Notes: a model not told the origin generated them from the letters alone. Shown: positions 18,041 through 28,145, counted from the first letter of the stretch. The stretch: DNA of 64,000 bases from Acidimicrobiia bacterium (GCA_965220995.1 OZ244856.1:97407-161406), one strand, 5' to 3'. Made by a program: numbers and translations.

Positions 18041-18811
18041 TCAGGAATACATGCCGAGCGGATCGCCGAAAGGTCTCCCCGCCACCGTGGAGTCGGGAGT
18101 CATTCGGGGAATGGTTTCCCGCACGTTGATGTGAAACCCGATGGAAAGACGCTCGGACAGCCAGTCGGCGTCACTGAGGGTGACCCTGACGCACCCGTGG
18201 GAGGCCGGATAGGTGGGAACGTCAGTTGAACCGTGCAGGGCGTAGGGTCCGTCGAAATACCAGGGTCGATACAGACCCCACCCATTCACGTAACGCCACC
18301 CGGCTATGTTTCGTTGCACGACAAAACTGCCCAGGGGGGTTGCTGCCCGGGCCCAACCCACTCCCGGTGTGGGGCTCATATAGACGAATCCGCCGCCGGT
18401 GGAGACGTGCAGCGTGGCCACCACCTCGCCTCCTTCCACCAGGTGCATCACCTGTCTCTCCAGATCCACCTCCAGCCGGTTGGGCTGGTCCGGCAAATCC
18501 GGTACCGTCGGTTCCCAAGCCGCCAGTCGAGCCAGGTCATGAGGCAGCAGGTCCGTGGTGCGTTCCAGGTCGGCCGCCTTGTGGAAGGCCAGGACGGCGT
18601 CGTCCAATCCGGTCCGGCTTATGCCGTCCACCGGACCCCGGTAAAAGCCCTTGGCAGACAAGAGAGCCTGAGCTCGCATCAAATGGGTATCGGCCAGGAA
18701 TGGGTCGGGAGGGGCGCCGATCCGCTCGGTGGCCGCCAAGGCCGGCAGGGATGAGGCCATGACTGCCAGGACAATCCCCCAATACAGAATAATTCTTCGC
18801 CACTTTCGCAA
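18041..18811 (-). CDS. L,D-transpeptidase (YkuD domain) with N-terminal peptidoglycan-binding domain and signal peptide
   Basis: Catalytic-cysteine context 'ALHGSTDVPTYPASHGCVRV'. N-terminal PG_binding_1-like 'GFYRGPVDGI..GLDDAVLAFH'. Signal peptide MRKWRRIILYWGIVLAVMASSLPALA. Confidence 0.8.
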   Translation of the reverse strand: MRKWRRIILYWGIVLAVMASSLPALAATERIGAPPDPFLADTHLMRAQALLSAKGFYRGPVDGISRTGLDDAVLAFHKAADLERTTDLLPHDLARLAAWEPTVPDLPDQPNRLEVDLERQVMHLVEGGEVVATLHVSTGGGFVYMSPTPGVGWARAATPLGSFVVQRNIAGWRYVNGWGLYRPWYFDGPYALHGSTDVPTYPASHGCVRVTLSDADWLSERLSIGFHINVRETIPRMTPDSTVAGRPFGDPLGMYS

Positions 18812-19026
18812 GGTCGGCCCGCCAATCCGGCTTCAGGGCCGCGGTCCCCACCGGGGCGCGGACACCCGAAAACCTATTTCGCCGTCGCTTCCAGAAACCG
18901 TTTAGCTTATCCGGCCAACCGGATGGTGTCAACCTGGCAAATTCGGCGCCTGCTCTGCCTCAGCAAGCCAAGGCGCAGCGGACAGCCCGGCACACCCTGC
19001 TCATTGTCAGCTCGCGGAGAGTCGGG

Positions 19027-20529
19027 CTACGCGTCCGTCCATGTCTCGGCCTCCCTCCAAAAGGGCTCCGGTTGCTCGGGGAACTGCCTATAGGCAGTCC
19101 GGTCCGACTCCAGCATCCTGGTCCGGACTGAGGCGGTTACCGGGGGTGTCAGATCCCAACCGGCGGCCTGGTGATACGCCTGACCGATGCGGGCGATCTC
19201 TGATTCGCCCAGGGGCCGGCCCATGATCTGCAGGCCGATGGGAAGACCGGAGGGGTCAAATCCGCAGGGCACCGACAGCGCCGGCTGACCGGTGAGGTTG
19301 GCCGGGGCGGTGGTGCGCACATAAGCCAGGATCATCTCTTCATCGGCGGTTGGATAGTGGAATGTTTCCTGGTCCTTGCGGGCGGCCGTAGCCGGCAGGG
19401 TGGGTGTGAGAGCCGCGGTGAGACGGTTTTGTTGAAAGCACTCCCGCATCGCCCGGCGAATCCGCTCCCGCCCCCGGAGGGCGGTGAGGTATTGCTCGGC
19501 GGACATCATCAGACCGGTGGCAAACAGCGTTCTGATAGCCGGATCAATCAGGTGCGGCGATTCCACCATCAACTTCCGGTGGTAAGCGGCGCCCTCGGAG
19601 GCCACCAGCAGGAACTCAATGTCCAGCACCATGTCGAGTTCGGGGATCTCCACCGGGACAATCTCCGCGCCCAGGTCGGCCAACAGGGCAAGCGCCGCTT
19701 CAAACCCCTCGGACACGGCGGGTTGGTTCAACGGATCGCGATAACGCTCAATCGCCCCCAGCCTTGCCCCCTCCAGGCCGTCGCCCGTCTCGGGATACCC
19801 ATCGGGAGGAAACTCGGTGAGAGTGGTGGGGTCGGTGGGATGGAAGCCGGAAATCACCGATTGCACCAGAATGCAGTCGGCGGGGGTCGCTGCCAGGGGG
19901 CCGATGTGGTCGAGCGACCAACTGAGCGCCGCCACTCCGCTGCGCGGAACCCGTCCGTAGGTTCCTTTCAGGCCGGCCGTGCCGCACAGGGCGGCGGGAA
20001 TGCGAATCGAGCCGCCCGTGTCGCTTCCCAGGGCGGCGGCCGTGATACCGGCTGCCACGGCCGCTCCCGATCCTCCGCTGGACCCCCCGGGCACCCGATT
20101 GATGTCCCAGGGATTGGAAGCGGGAGGAGAAGTCACCCCGCAGGCCAGTTCGTGGGTAACGGTCTTGCCGATGATCACCGCCCCGGCACTCTTGAGGCGT
20201 TCCACCACCGGAGCGTCCCCGGTCGCCGGGGTGTCCGAATAGGCCGGAGAGCCGCAGCGAGTGGGGTGTCCGGCCATGTCGATAATGTCCTTTACCCCCA
20301 CCGGGATCCCGGCCAGAGGGCCCGGATCGATCCCTCGGGCCAGTTGACGGTCCACCCGGTCGGCGGCCTGGCGGGCGCCCCGGTGGTCGATAATGGTGAA
20401 CGCCTGCAGTTGGGGGTTCAGTTCCTCGGCTGCGGCCAACGAGCGATCGGCCACCTCCCGGGCCGAGATTTCCCGCCCGCGGATCCGCCCCCCCAAATCG
20501 GCGATGACACCCGAGGTGTTCATTCCCAT
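19027..20529 (-). CDS. Amidase (amidase-signature family, GatA-like)
   Basis: Amidase signature 'GGSSGGSGAAVAAGITAAALGSDTGGSIRIPAALCG' with a Ser-cisSer-Lys triad context. Confidence 0.85.
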   Translation of the reverse strand: MGMNTSGVIADLGGRIRGREISAREVADRSLAAAEELNPQLQAFTIIDHRGARQAADRVDRQLARGIDPGPLAGIPVGVKDIIDMAGHPTRCGSPAYSDTPATGDAPVVERLKSAGAVIIGKTVTHELACGVTSPPASNPWDINRVPGGSSGGSGAAVAAGITAAALGSDTGGSIRIPAALCGTAGLKGTYGRVPRSGVAALSWSLDHIGPLAATPADCILVQSVISGFHPTDPTTLTEFPPDGYPETGDGLEGARLGAIERYRDPLNQPAVSEGFEAALALLADLGAEIVPVEIPELDMVLDIEFLLVASEGAAYHRKLMVESPHLIDPAIRTLFATGLMMSAEQYLTALRGRERIRRAMRECFQQNRLTAALTPTLPATAARKDQETFHYPTADEEMILAYVRTTAPANLTGQPALSVPCGFDPSGLPIGLQIMGRPLGESEIARIGQAYHQAAGWDLTPPVTASVRTRMLESDRTAYRQFPEQPEPFWREAETWTDA

Positions 20530-20705
20530 CTCGGGTCGAACGTCAGGGCGGGCTCATCGGTCTGGTCCAACCATCGTCGAACCGAGTGGACCTGGGATCT
20601 CTGGCCTTCCAACGCTTCGGCCAGTTCGTCCAGATCCCAATCGCCGGGATCCATCCCGGCCACAGAAAGCATCTTGCCCGCCGCTTCGGCCTGCAGCGAA
20701 CTCAC
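20520..20705 (-). CDS. Small acidic hypothetical protein (61 aa) filling the RidA-amidase gap
   Basis: Its start overlaps the RidA stop (ATGA) and its stop overlaps the amidase start. No recognizable domain, and such an ORF could arise by chance in high-GC DNA. Confidence 0.3.
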   Translation of the reverse strand: MSSLQAEAAGKMLSVAGMDPGDWDLDELAEALEGQRSQVHSVRRWLDQTDEPALTFDPRWE

Positions 20706-21091
20706 TGGGGGATCACCGCGATCACATCCACCTCCAGTTTCAGGCCGGGCAATCCCAGGGCGGCCGCCTGGCAGGCGGTGACCGCCGGGTAGGGACCGCC
20801 GCCGAACACCCGCCGCCGCACTTCCATCTCCTCGGGCAGTTCCCGGATGTCCTGGCAGTAATAGGTGATCTTCACCACGTTCGCCAGGGTCCCTCCGCAG
20901 GCCTCCAGCACTTCGGTGATGTTCTGCCAGATCTGTTCGGCCTGTTCTCCGGTGGTTTCCCCCACGATCTCCCCGTCTGCGTCGAACGCCACCTGACCGG
21001 CCAGATAAACCGTGTCCCCGGCCCGAACCGCATAGGAATAAGGCTCGGGTGGTTCACACATTCCTTCAGGATTGATGGCTTGGATACTCAT
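20702..21091 (-). CDS. RidA/YjgF/TdcF (Rid-family) protein
   Basis: The length of 129 aa and motifs 'PYSYAVRAGDTVYLAGQVA...NVVKITYY' are typical of RidA enamine/imine deaminases. Confidence 0.85.
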   Translation of the reverse strand: MSIQAINPEGMCEPPEPYSYAVRAGDTVYLAGQVAFDADGEIVGETTGEQAEQIWQNITEVLEACGGTLANVVKITYYCQDIRELPEEMEVRRRVFGGGPYPAVTACQAAALGLPGLKLEVDVIAVIPQ

Positions 21092-21191
21092 GCACCGCCT
21101 CCTAACAACTCGTCTGTGTCATACCCGGAAACTCGGACACAGGGTGCATGGAGGTCGATTCTATATGAAGCGCAGACTGTCGCTCGTCCGG

Positions 21192-21792
21192 CTATGAGGT
21201 CTCATCCAAGCGCACCGGTTCGATTCCCAAATCCCGGTAGGTCGCCATCGGGAGGTAGTCGACACCCAGCCTCTCGAAATAGGGTCGGGCCGAATCTCCG
21301 CGGTCCACCAGCGTCACCGCCGCCACGATTTGCGCTCCGGAACCTGCCACGGCATCGTATGCCTTGACGATCGACCCGCCGGTGGTGACCACGTCGTCCA
21401 CCAGCAACACCTTCCAGCCTGAACCGATCTGCGTCCCTTCGATCAGGCGATTGGTGCCCCGCTTCTTGGGCTCCTTGCGCACCGAGAACCAATGGGTGTC
21501 GCTGACGGCCGCCACTCCCACCGCGATGGCGTCGGCCCCCATGGTCAGCCCGCCCACCGCATCGAAGGCGTGTCCGGCGTCGCGGACGGCTTGATAAATA
21601 GCCTGGCATGCCACTCGCAGGTCACTCCATCGGGCCAACGCCTCTTTGCCGTCTATGAAATGGGAAGACCAAGCTCCCGAGGAGAGCTTTACCGGTGCCG
21701 GCAGTTCCTTGAGGGCCGGCCCGCGCAGTATCTCAAGCAACCGGCGGTGGGAGATGGAGGTGGTGATTGGCACGTTCTGTTGGCCAATCACC
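21192..21792 (-). CDS. Orotate phosphoribosyltransferase-like type I PRTase
   Basis: PRPP motif 'VLLVDDVVTTGGSI' and hood 'KLSSGAWSSHFIDGK', resembling PyrE. Start set at the GTG (VIGQQN...), because the track's long Arg/Gly-rich N-terminal extension is a high-GC artefact. Confidence 0.65.
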
Positions 21793-21802
21793 TTACCAGC
21801 GC

Positions 21803-22894
21803 CTAGCCGGGAACCACCACCGTGCGGATCGCCGAGTTTGCCTCCAGGTTCTCGAAACCCTTTTCCATGTCGGAGAGCGGGATGGTGTGGGTGACCATGG
21901 CGTCGAGGTCCAGTCGCCCCTGCTGGTAGAGGGAATCCAACACCGGGAAGTCGTGGGCCGGAATCCCTTCCCCGCCGTGGGTGGTCATCAGGGTGGAAGT
22001 GTTGCGGAAGAAGGCCGACGGGTTGAGTTCGGCTTCCGAACCAACCGGGGGAACCCCGATCATGGTGGCCACGCCGCCGTAGGACAGCATCCCCAGGGCC
22101 TGCTCCACGGTTGCTCCCATTCCCACCGCCTCGAAGGAATAGTCCACGCCTTCGCCGTCGGTGAGGGCCCGCACCGCCTCCACGGCGTCTTCTGTGGCCG
22201 AGTTGACGGCGTCGGTGGCGCCCATCGACAACGCCCATTCCAATTTGAGGTCGGAGATGTCAACGGCGATCACCCGCGACGCATTGGCGATTTTGGCCCC
22301 TTGGACGGTCGCCAGCCCGATCCCGCCGCAACCGATCACCGCGGTGGTGGCCCCCGGGCCTACCTTGGCGGTATGAAACACCGCGCCGGTTCCGGTCATC
22401 ACCGCACACCCCAACAGGGATGCGGAGGTCATGGGCATGCCGTCGCTCACCGGGTACACCGCCCCGACGTCCACGGCAATCCGCTCGGCGTACATGGCCA
22501 GACCCATGGGCAAGTCCACTTCCGAGCCGTCGGAGGCCACAGAGATCCGGGGCGCCCGGGCCGCAGAGTTGTTGCACCGGCGGGGGTCGTTGCGGCGGCA
22601 CATCGAGCACGCGCCGCAGGGCACCCGACATCCAACCGCCACCCGGTCGCCCTTCTTGAGGCGGGTGACTCCCGGCCCCACCTGTTCCACCACTCCCGCT
22701 CCCTCGTGGCCCAGCAGCATGGGATACCGGGGTTCCCGGCCTGACTGCAGGCCCTTGGAAACCTTGTAGTCGGTGCGGCACACCCCGGCCGCTTCCACTT
22801 TGAGAATCACTTCCCTCTCGCGGGGAGGGCCGAATTCGATCTCGGTGATCTCGAAGCGCCCCGGTTGCTTCACCAGGGCCGCCCGGCTACGCAT
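21803..22894 (-). CDS. Zinc-dependent alcohol dehydrogenase (MDR superfamily)
   Basis: GHEGAGVVEQVG (catalytic Zn), CGACSMCRRNDPRRC (structural Zn) and Rossmann 'AVIGCGGIGL'. The start ATG at 22894 overlaps the upstream gene's stop (ATGCGTAG). Confidence 0.8.
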   Translation of the reverse strand: MRSRAALVKQPGRFEITEIEFGPPREREVILKVEAAGVCRTDYKVSKGLQSGREPRYPMLLGHEGAGVVEQVGPGVTRLKKGDRVAVGCRVPCGACSMCRRNDPRRCNNSAARAPRISVASDGSEVDLPMGLAMYAERIAVDVGAVYPVSDGMPMTSASLLGCAVMTGTGAVFHTAKVGPGATTAVIGCGGIGLATVQGAKIANASRVIAVDISDLKLEWALSMGATDAVNSATEDAVEAVRALTDGEGVDYSFEAVGMGATVEQALGMLSYGGVATMIGVPPVGSEAELNPSAFFRNTSTLMTTHGGEGIPAHDFPVLDSLYQQGRLDLDAMVTHTIPLSDMEKGFENLEANSAIRTVVVPG

Positions 22895-24053
22895 CCAGGT
22901 CGACCAGAATGTCGTGGTCGTAGGTGAGTCTCTCTCCGCCGTTGGGGGTAACGCGCACGTTGTCCGACAGACAAATGCCACCCACTGCCAGGCCTTCCTC
23001 CGGATCATCGAAAGTGATCTGGGGATGCAGGTTGATGACCATGTCGGTCTTCATGATCCGCTCCTTGCCGGGCACCCAGGGAGGCTCATGGGAATCGAGC
23101 CCGATGCCGTGCGCGGTATAGGCCACCGATTCGAAACCACCCTGACCGTACTTGCGGTGGACCCGGTCACGGGCCGCCAGCACGTCGTCAGAGGAGCCGC
23201 CGGTCTTCATGGCCTCAACACAGGCGTCGAGAGTCTCCACCCGGGTATCCCAAAAGCGAAGAACCTGATCGGAGGGACGACCGAAGCTGTAGGTGCGACG
23301 GACTTCCACCCAATAGCCGGAGGGGCCCCCCCACTCCAGGTCGATGCAGATGACGTCATCCCGGTCGATCTCGGCGTCCATCCCGAAGGTGTAGGCCCGG
23401 TAGGGAGGCCGGCTCATCTGGGCGATCCCGTCCAGGCACCCGTACTGGCGGCAAAGGCGATGCGCCTCGGCCAGCACGTCCCGTTCGATGGCGCCGGGGC
23501 GAATGTGGCCTTCCAGGCTGGTGAACACCTGGGCGATGATCCGAGAGGTCTCGCGCAGGTTCTCCATCTCCTCGGCGCTCTTAATCGAGCGGATGTCGTC
23601 GAAGAAATCGGTTGCGTCGGTTAAAGTGGCGGTCTTCCCGAAAGCTTCCTGGAACTGCATGTAATGGGCCGCCGAGGTGATGTCGGCCAAGCCCACGATC
23701 CCGATCGTGCCGTGGGAGATCCCGTGGTCGGACAGGAGCCCGGCAATCTCGGCGGCCGGGGTTTGGGTGGCCCGAAAGTCCTGGATCCAGTTCACCAGGG
23801 CCACTCGCGACAGGCCCCACAGCGGGTCGCCGATGAATGTGGGTTCGCCCTGTTGGGGGAGCAGCACCATGCCCCATCCGGCCCATTGAAAGACATCGCT
23901 CACATACTGCACGCGGCCCCGAACGAACTCGTCGCCTCGGCTACAGATGATCAACGCGTCGATTCCCGATTCGGCCATGGCCTCGCGCAACACGCGATGG
24001 CGTCGTTCCCGCTCGGCGGGAGAGGAAATGTGAGTCAGCTTGCCTTCTGCCAT
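22887..24053 (-). CDS. M24-family metallohydrolase (creatinase / Xaa-Pro aminopeptidase-like)
   Basis: Creatinase-type N-domain plus pita-bread C-domain with metal ligands (HGIGLDSHE...), overall like creatine amidinohydrolase or prolidase. Confidence 0.8.
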   Translation of the reverse strand: MAEGKLTHISSPAERERRHRVLREAMAESGIDALIICSRGDEFVRGRVQYVSDVFQWAGWGMVLLPQQGEPTFIGDPLWGLSRVALVNWIQDFRATQTPAAEIAGLLSDHGISHGTIGIVGLADITSAAHYMQFQEAFGKTATLTDATDFFDDIRSIKSAEEMENLRETSRIIAQVFTSLEGHIRPGAIERDVLAEAHRLCRQYGCLDGIAQMSRPPYRAYTFGMDAEIDRDDVICIDLEWGGPSGYWVEVRRTYSFGRPSDQVLRFWDTRVETLDACVEAMKTGGSSDDVLAARDRVHRKYGQGGFESVAYTAHGIGLDSHEPPWVPGKERIMKTDMVINLHPQITFDDPEEGLAVGGICLSDNVRVTPNGGERLTYDHDILVDLDA

Positions 24054-24064
24054 ATCTTCGCTCC

Positions 24065-24862
24065 TTAGCTGCTGGGCGTCGGCACCGACGCCGGTTGATA
24101 GGTTGAGGAAGGTTGAGGGTTGGCGACTTCCGCGCAGATCTCGTCGGTGGTCAGGGAAGCAATGAACCCACCGTCGGTCATCCTGACCAGGGCGTTCTCA
24201 TGCAGTTCCCGGGTGGAGGAGGTGCAGGCGTCGTTCACCAGTGTCACGGTGTAGCCCCGATCAGCCGCATCGCGGGAGGAAAGCTCCACGCACCCCTCGG
24301 TGACGATGCCGGTCATGACCAGGTGGGTGATGCCCATGCGCTTGAGGACGTTGTCGATGGCCGTGGAATTGAAGACGCTGGCGGAAGTCTTGGAGAAGAT
24401 CATCTCATCGCCCTGTTCGGCCACTTCCGGAAGCAAGAGATCGTCCCGTTCGTCACGGGGCACCGGTTCGAGTTCGGCGTCGGGCATGAAAGCCTTGCCG
24501 GCGTCGCGGCCATTGTCGGTGCGATAAGCCACTCGGACGTGAATGACTTCCTCACCGGCGGCCCGGAAGGCGTCCTGGCACCGGCGGACGTTCGGCAGGA
24601 TGGCGTTGATGTTGTCCCACCGCTCCTGCATGATCTCGGGTTTCCCGGCGTCCTGGGCGATCCGGCCTATCCATCCCTCGGCGTGGGCGTCCAGATACTG
24701 CAGGTCGATGGTGAGCAGAGCGGTTTTCCCCGGTGATATGGAACCAAATGAGGGACGGGGAAACAGGTCATAGAAGGGATCGTGCAAATTCAAAGTCTCA
24801 GGCCTTTCCTCGGGGTGATTGTTCGTGGGCCGACGGTTGAGGGGCCGCCTGCGGTTTTGCAC
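24065..24862 (-). CDS. Isochorismatase-family cysteine hydrolase (N-carbamoylsarcosine amidase / RutB-like)
   Basis: KTALLTIDLQ (catalytic Asp context), 'THLVMTGIVTEGCVELS' (catalytic Cys) and a Lys. First gene of the minus-strand operon. Confidence 0.75.
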   Translation of the reverse strand: MQNRRRPLNRRPTNNHPEERPETLNLHDPFYDLFPRPSFGSISPGKTALLTIDLQYLDAHAEGWIGRIAQDAGKPEIMQERWDNINAILPNVRRCQDAFRAAGEEVIHVRVAYRTDNGRDAGKAFMPDAELEPVPRDERDDLLLPEVAEQGDEMIFSKTSASVFNSTAIDNVLKRMGITHLVMTGIVTEGCVELSSRDAADRGYTVTLVNDACTSSTRELHENALVRMTDGGFIASLTTDEICAEVANPQPSSTYQPASVPTPSS

Positions 24863-24972
24863 TCAGTATATTTAGCGAGGATCCGGAGCCCGGCTGCCGG
24901 GGCCGCCGGAGCCCGACCAATGAATCGCCGACCGTTGCGCGTCCGCGCAGGAGAAGGGAACACAGCAACAAG

Positions 24973-25905
24973 ATGAGAGTACTGGTGACAGGAGCGGGGG
25001 GTTTCTTCGGAAGAGCGTTGGCACGGGCCTTCGCCCGGGGGGGAGAGCAGGTGGTGGCGGCGGACATCCTTGCGCCGGGAGATTTTGCTCCCCGGTCGGG
25101 CGCCCCCGACGGATCCGTCGAATATGTGGTGCTGGATGTCGCCGACCCGGACGCCTGGTCCACCGACGTGACCGGCCCGGTGGACGGGATCGTTCATGCC
25201 GCCGCACTGACGCCCAGCATCCAGGAAGCCCGGGAGGATCCCTCCAAGCTGGTGGATGTCAATCTGATCGGCACTCTCAACGCCCTAGAGTTCGCTCGCA
25301 AGGAGAATCTGAGCAAGTTCCTGTTCATCTCCTCGGCCGGGGTGTACAACCAGTTCGAGGAGGAAGTCCTCACCGAGGCCGACGCCGACGGCGGTTTTTC
25401 CCTGTACGGCTCCGCCAAACTGGCGGCCGAGATCATGCTGTATCGCTACGCCGATATGTTCGGATTCGACGCCGGCGCCATCCGTCCCACCTCCATGTAC
25501 GGGCCCGCCGAGGAGTTCCGCAGCACCCGTCCCTTCGTCACCCAGGCCAAGCAGTTGGCCGACGCCGCCATGGACGGTGTTCCGGTGCGGGTGATCGGCT
25601 TGGAGGACCGTTGCGACTGGGTGTTCGTGGACGACGTGGCCGAAGGCGCCCATCGGTTCTTCTCCGGGGATATGGATAGCCGCTCCTTCGCATTCTCCTC
25701 GGGGGACCCGATCCCCTTCCAGGATGTACTCGACGCGGCAGTGGCCTCGTTCGGAGTGGTGGTGGACGAACACGCCGAGATGCTGATCGACGCCACTCCC
25801 GACCGGGCCACCACCATCTCCTGCGACAAGGCCCGGGCCGAACTGGGCTGGAACCCGGTGGGCATCGCCGAGGGCATGCAGCGATATGCCGATTTGGGCG
25901 GCTGA
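24973..25905 (+). CDS. NAD-dependent epimerase/dehydratase (extended SDR)
   Basis: N-terminal VLVTGAGGFFGRAL Rossmann motif and a YxxxK context 'YGSAKLAAE'. Confidence 0.8.
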   Translation: MRVLVTGAGGFFGRALARAFARGGEQVVAADILAPGDFAPRSGAPDGSVEYVVLDVADPDAWSTDVTGPVDGIVHAAALTPSIQEAREDPSKLVDVNLIGTLNALEFARKENLSKFLFISSAGVYNQFEEEVLTEADADGGFSLYGSAKLAAEIMLYRYADMFGFDAGAIRPTSMYGPAEEFRSTRPFVTQAKQLADAAMDGVPVRVIGLEDRCDWVFVDDVAEGAHRFFSGDMDSRSFAFSSGDPIPFQDVLDAAVASFGVVVDEHAEMLIDATPDRATTISCDKARAELGWNPVGIAEGMQRYADLGG

Positions 25906-25974
25906 GTCCTTCCCGCAGACTTTTCGACCCGACATGACAGCAAGCAACCAGACAGCCTCAGATATGGAGTCCCA

Positions 25975-27171
25975 ATGAGTCAAAGCACACTGAGATCAGC
26001 GCTGGCCGAGCGCACTTTGCGAATCCGCGGCGGCCACGAGTCACCGTACTTTCAGATATTGCGGAAGGTAGCGGGACGTGACGACATCATCCGCCTGGTG
26101 AGGGGGGAACCGGACATCCCCACCCCCGCCCACATCGTCGAAGCCGCCAAGCGCTGTCTGGACACCCGCCACATCGGCTACACACCGCCCGGCGGAATGA
26201 TCGAGCTTCGGGAGGCCATAGCCCGCAAGTTCAAGAAGGACAACAACCTCGAATACGACGCCGAGTCCGAGATCCTGGTGACCGCCGGCGCCCAGGAGTC
26301 GATGGCGGTGAGCCTCCAAACCCTGTTGGATCCCGGCGACGAGGTGCTGTTGGCCACCCCCCACTACATGGCCTATCCGGCCAACATCATCATGGCGGGG
26401 GGAAAGATCGTGTATGTGCCCACGGTGGAGGAAGAGGACTTCGAGTTGAAGCCCGAAGCCATCGAAGCGGCCATCACCGACCAGACCAAGCTGTTGGTGC
26501 TGGTCACCCCCAACAACCCCACCGCCGGGGTAATCACCGAGGACACCCTGCGAGCCATCGCCGACGTGGTTCGGGCTCATCCGGGTCTGGTGGTGATCTC
26601 CGACGAGCTGTATGAGAAGGTGGTTTACGACGGCTTCGAGCATGTCAGTTTCGCCACCCTGCCGGGGATGTGGGAGCGCACCATCACCATCAACGGGTTC
26701 TCCAAGGCCTACAGCATGACCGGATTCCGAGTGGGGTACATGGCCGGGCCGGCCGACTACATCCTGGCCGCCACCGAACCTCGCCACTCCCTGAGCATCT
26801 CCACTTCTCTTCCCTCCCAGCACGGCGCATTGGCCGCTCTGGAGGGACCGCAGGAATTCCTGGACGAGATGATGGAGGAGTACCACCACCGCCGGGCGGT
26901 GATGCGGGATACCTTCGACCGGCTGGGAGTCACCTACGGCGAGCCCAAGGGCGGGTTCTACTTCTTCGCCAACGTGTCGGGGTCGGGGATGGACGCCGTG
27001 TCCTTTGCCGACAAGGCGGTGGAATACGGCCTGCTGTTCTCGCCGGGCAACATCTTCGCCGAGGGCGCCGTCAAATACATCCGCATCTCCTACCTGGCGC
27101 CCCGCGATGAACTCCACGAAGCGATGGATCGCTTCACGCGACTTTGGAACGACTGCCGGAGCGGAAAGTGA
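25975..27171 (+). CDS. PLP-dependent aminotransferase, class I/II (aspartate aminotransferase-like)
   Basis: The PLP-lysine region 'ITINGFSKAYSMTGFRVGYMAGP' is conserved. Confidence 0.85.
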   Translation: MSQSTLRSALAERTLRIRGGHESPYFQILRKVAGRDDIIRLVRGEPDIPTPAHIVEAAKRCLDTRHIGYTPPGGMIELREAIARKFKKDNNLEYDAESEILVTAGAQESMAVSLQTLLDPGDEVLLATPHYMAYPANIIMAGGKIVYVPTVEEEDFELKPEAIEAAITDQTKLLVLVTPNNPTAGVITEDTLRAIADVVRAHPGLVVISDELYEKVVYDGFEHVSFATLPGMWERTITINGFSKAYSMTGFRVGYMAGPADYILAATEPRHSLSISTSLPSQHGALAALEGPQEFLDEMMEEYHHRRAVMRDTFDRLGVTYGEPKGGFYFFANVSGSGMDAVSFADKAVEYGLLFSPGNIFAEGAVKYIRISYLAPRDELHEAMDRFTRLWNDCRSGK

Positions 27172-28145
27172 GCGGCCCCAAGGTAGCCCTGATCGAGGAG
27201 TACACCCCCGCTCAGGTGGCGGCCCTTCAGCAGGCCCTGCCGGCCGGGGCCACCGTGCTCACCGATGCACTGGGGTCGGGGACCATCAAGCAGGCCGACT
27301 ATCTGGTGCTCCTGGAGCAAAGCCCCGACGACGACCAGCTAGGGGCGTTGTCGTCGCTGCGGGGAGTGGTCACCATCGACTCGGGCGGCGCCGCCGTCTC
27401 TTCCGACATCTGCGATTCCCTGGGGGCGTGGACCGAAGGGGTGGTGTCCCCGGGGCCGACCAGTGTGGCCGAACACACTGTGATGATGATCCTGGCCCTG
27501 TTCAAGCGCCTTCCCATCGCCCAGCAACGCCTGATGGACGGGGTGATCGTGGAGGGCATGGCCCCGTTCGTAACCGACCAGGAAAACTATTCCTACAACT
27601 GGGTGGGCCTGGATTTGTTCGAGGCCCTGCTGGGCAAGACCGTGGGTTTGGTGGGGGTAGGCCAGATCGGATTGGTGGCGGCCAAGCTGTTGGTGGCCTT
27701 CGGAGTGGATGTGGTCTACTACAAGCGCAGTCGCTTCTCGCCCGAGGAGGAGGCCGAATTGCAAATCCGTTACCTTCCCTTCGATGAACTGCTGGCCGAG
27801 TCTCATTGCGTGTCGCTTCACAACCGGTTTACCCCCGAGACCGAGAAGATGATGGGCGCCCGGGAGTTTGCCCTGATGCCCAAGGGCTCGTTCTTCGTAA
27901 ACACGGCCCGGGGCCGGTTGGTGGACGAGGACGCCCTGATGGCGGCCCTGCACAGCGGGCACCTGGCCGGAGCGGCCCTCGATGTCTTCTGGTGGGAGCC
28001 GATTCTTCCCGACAGTCCCCTGCGCAGCACTCCCAACCTCCTGATGACCCCCCATACCGCCGGCACGCCGATGGGCGACACTGTGGCCCTGGAACTGGGA
28101 TCCGCCGGAAGGGTGATCCGCCGGCGACACGGAACGGCGCCATGA
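27168..28145 (+). CDS. D-isomer-specific 2-hydroxyacid dehydrogenase (NAD-binding)
   Basis: 'GKTVGLVGVGQIGLVAAK' NAD-binding motif and a catalytic His/Glu/Arg context. GTG start overlaps the upstream stop (GTGA). Confidence 0.75.
   Translation: MSGPKVALIEEYTPAQVAALQQALPAGATVLTDALGSGTIKQADYLVLLEQSPDDDQLGALSSLRGVVTIDSGGAAVSSDICDSLGAWTEGVVSPGPTSVAEHTVMMILALFKRLPIAQQRLMDGVIVEGMAPFVTDQENYSYNWVGLDLFEALLGKTVGLVGVGQIGLVAAKLLVAFGVDVVYYKRSRFSPEEEAELQIRYLPFDELLAESHCVSLHNRFTPETEKMMGAREFALMPKGSFFVNTARGRLVDEDALMAALHSGHLAGAALDVFWWEPILPDSPLRSTPNLLMTPHTAGTPMGDTVALELGSAGRVIRRRHGTAP

Noticed and set aside
21192-22238. Extended 348-aa version of the PRTase gene with an Arg/Gly-rich N-terminus
   Set aside because: The extension (RRRQLGHRRRRGGGAGPHRRRRRG...) overlaps the upstream ADH gene and is not protein-like. 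I trimmed it to the GTG start at 21792.
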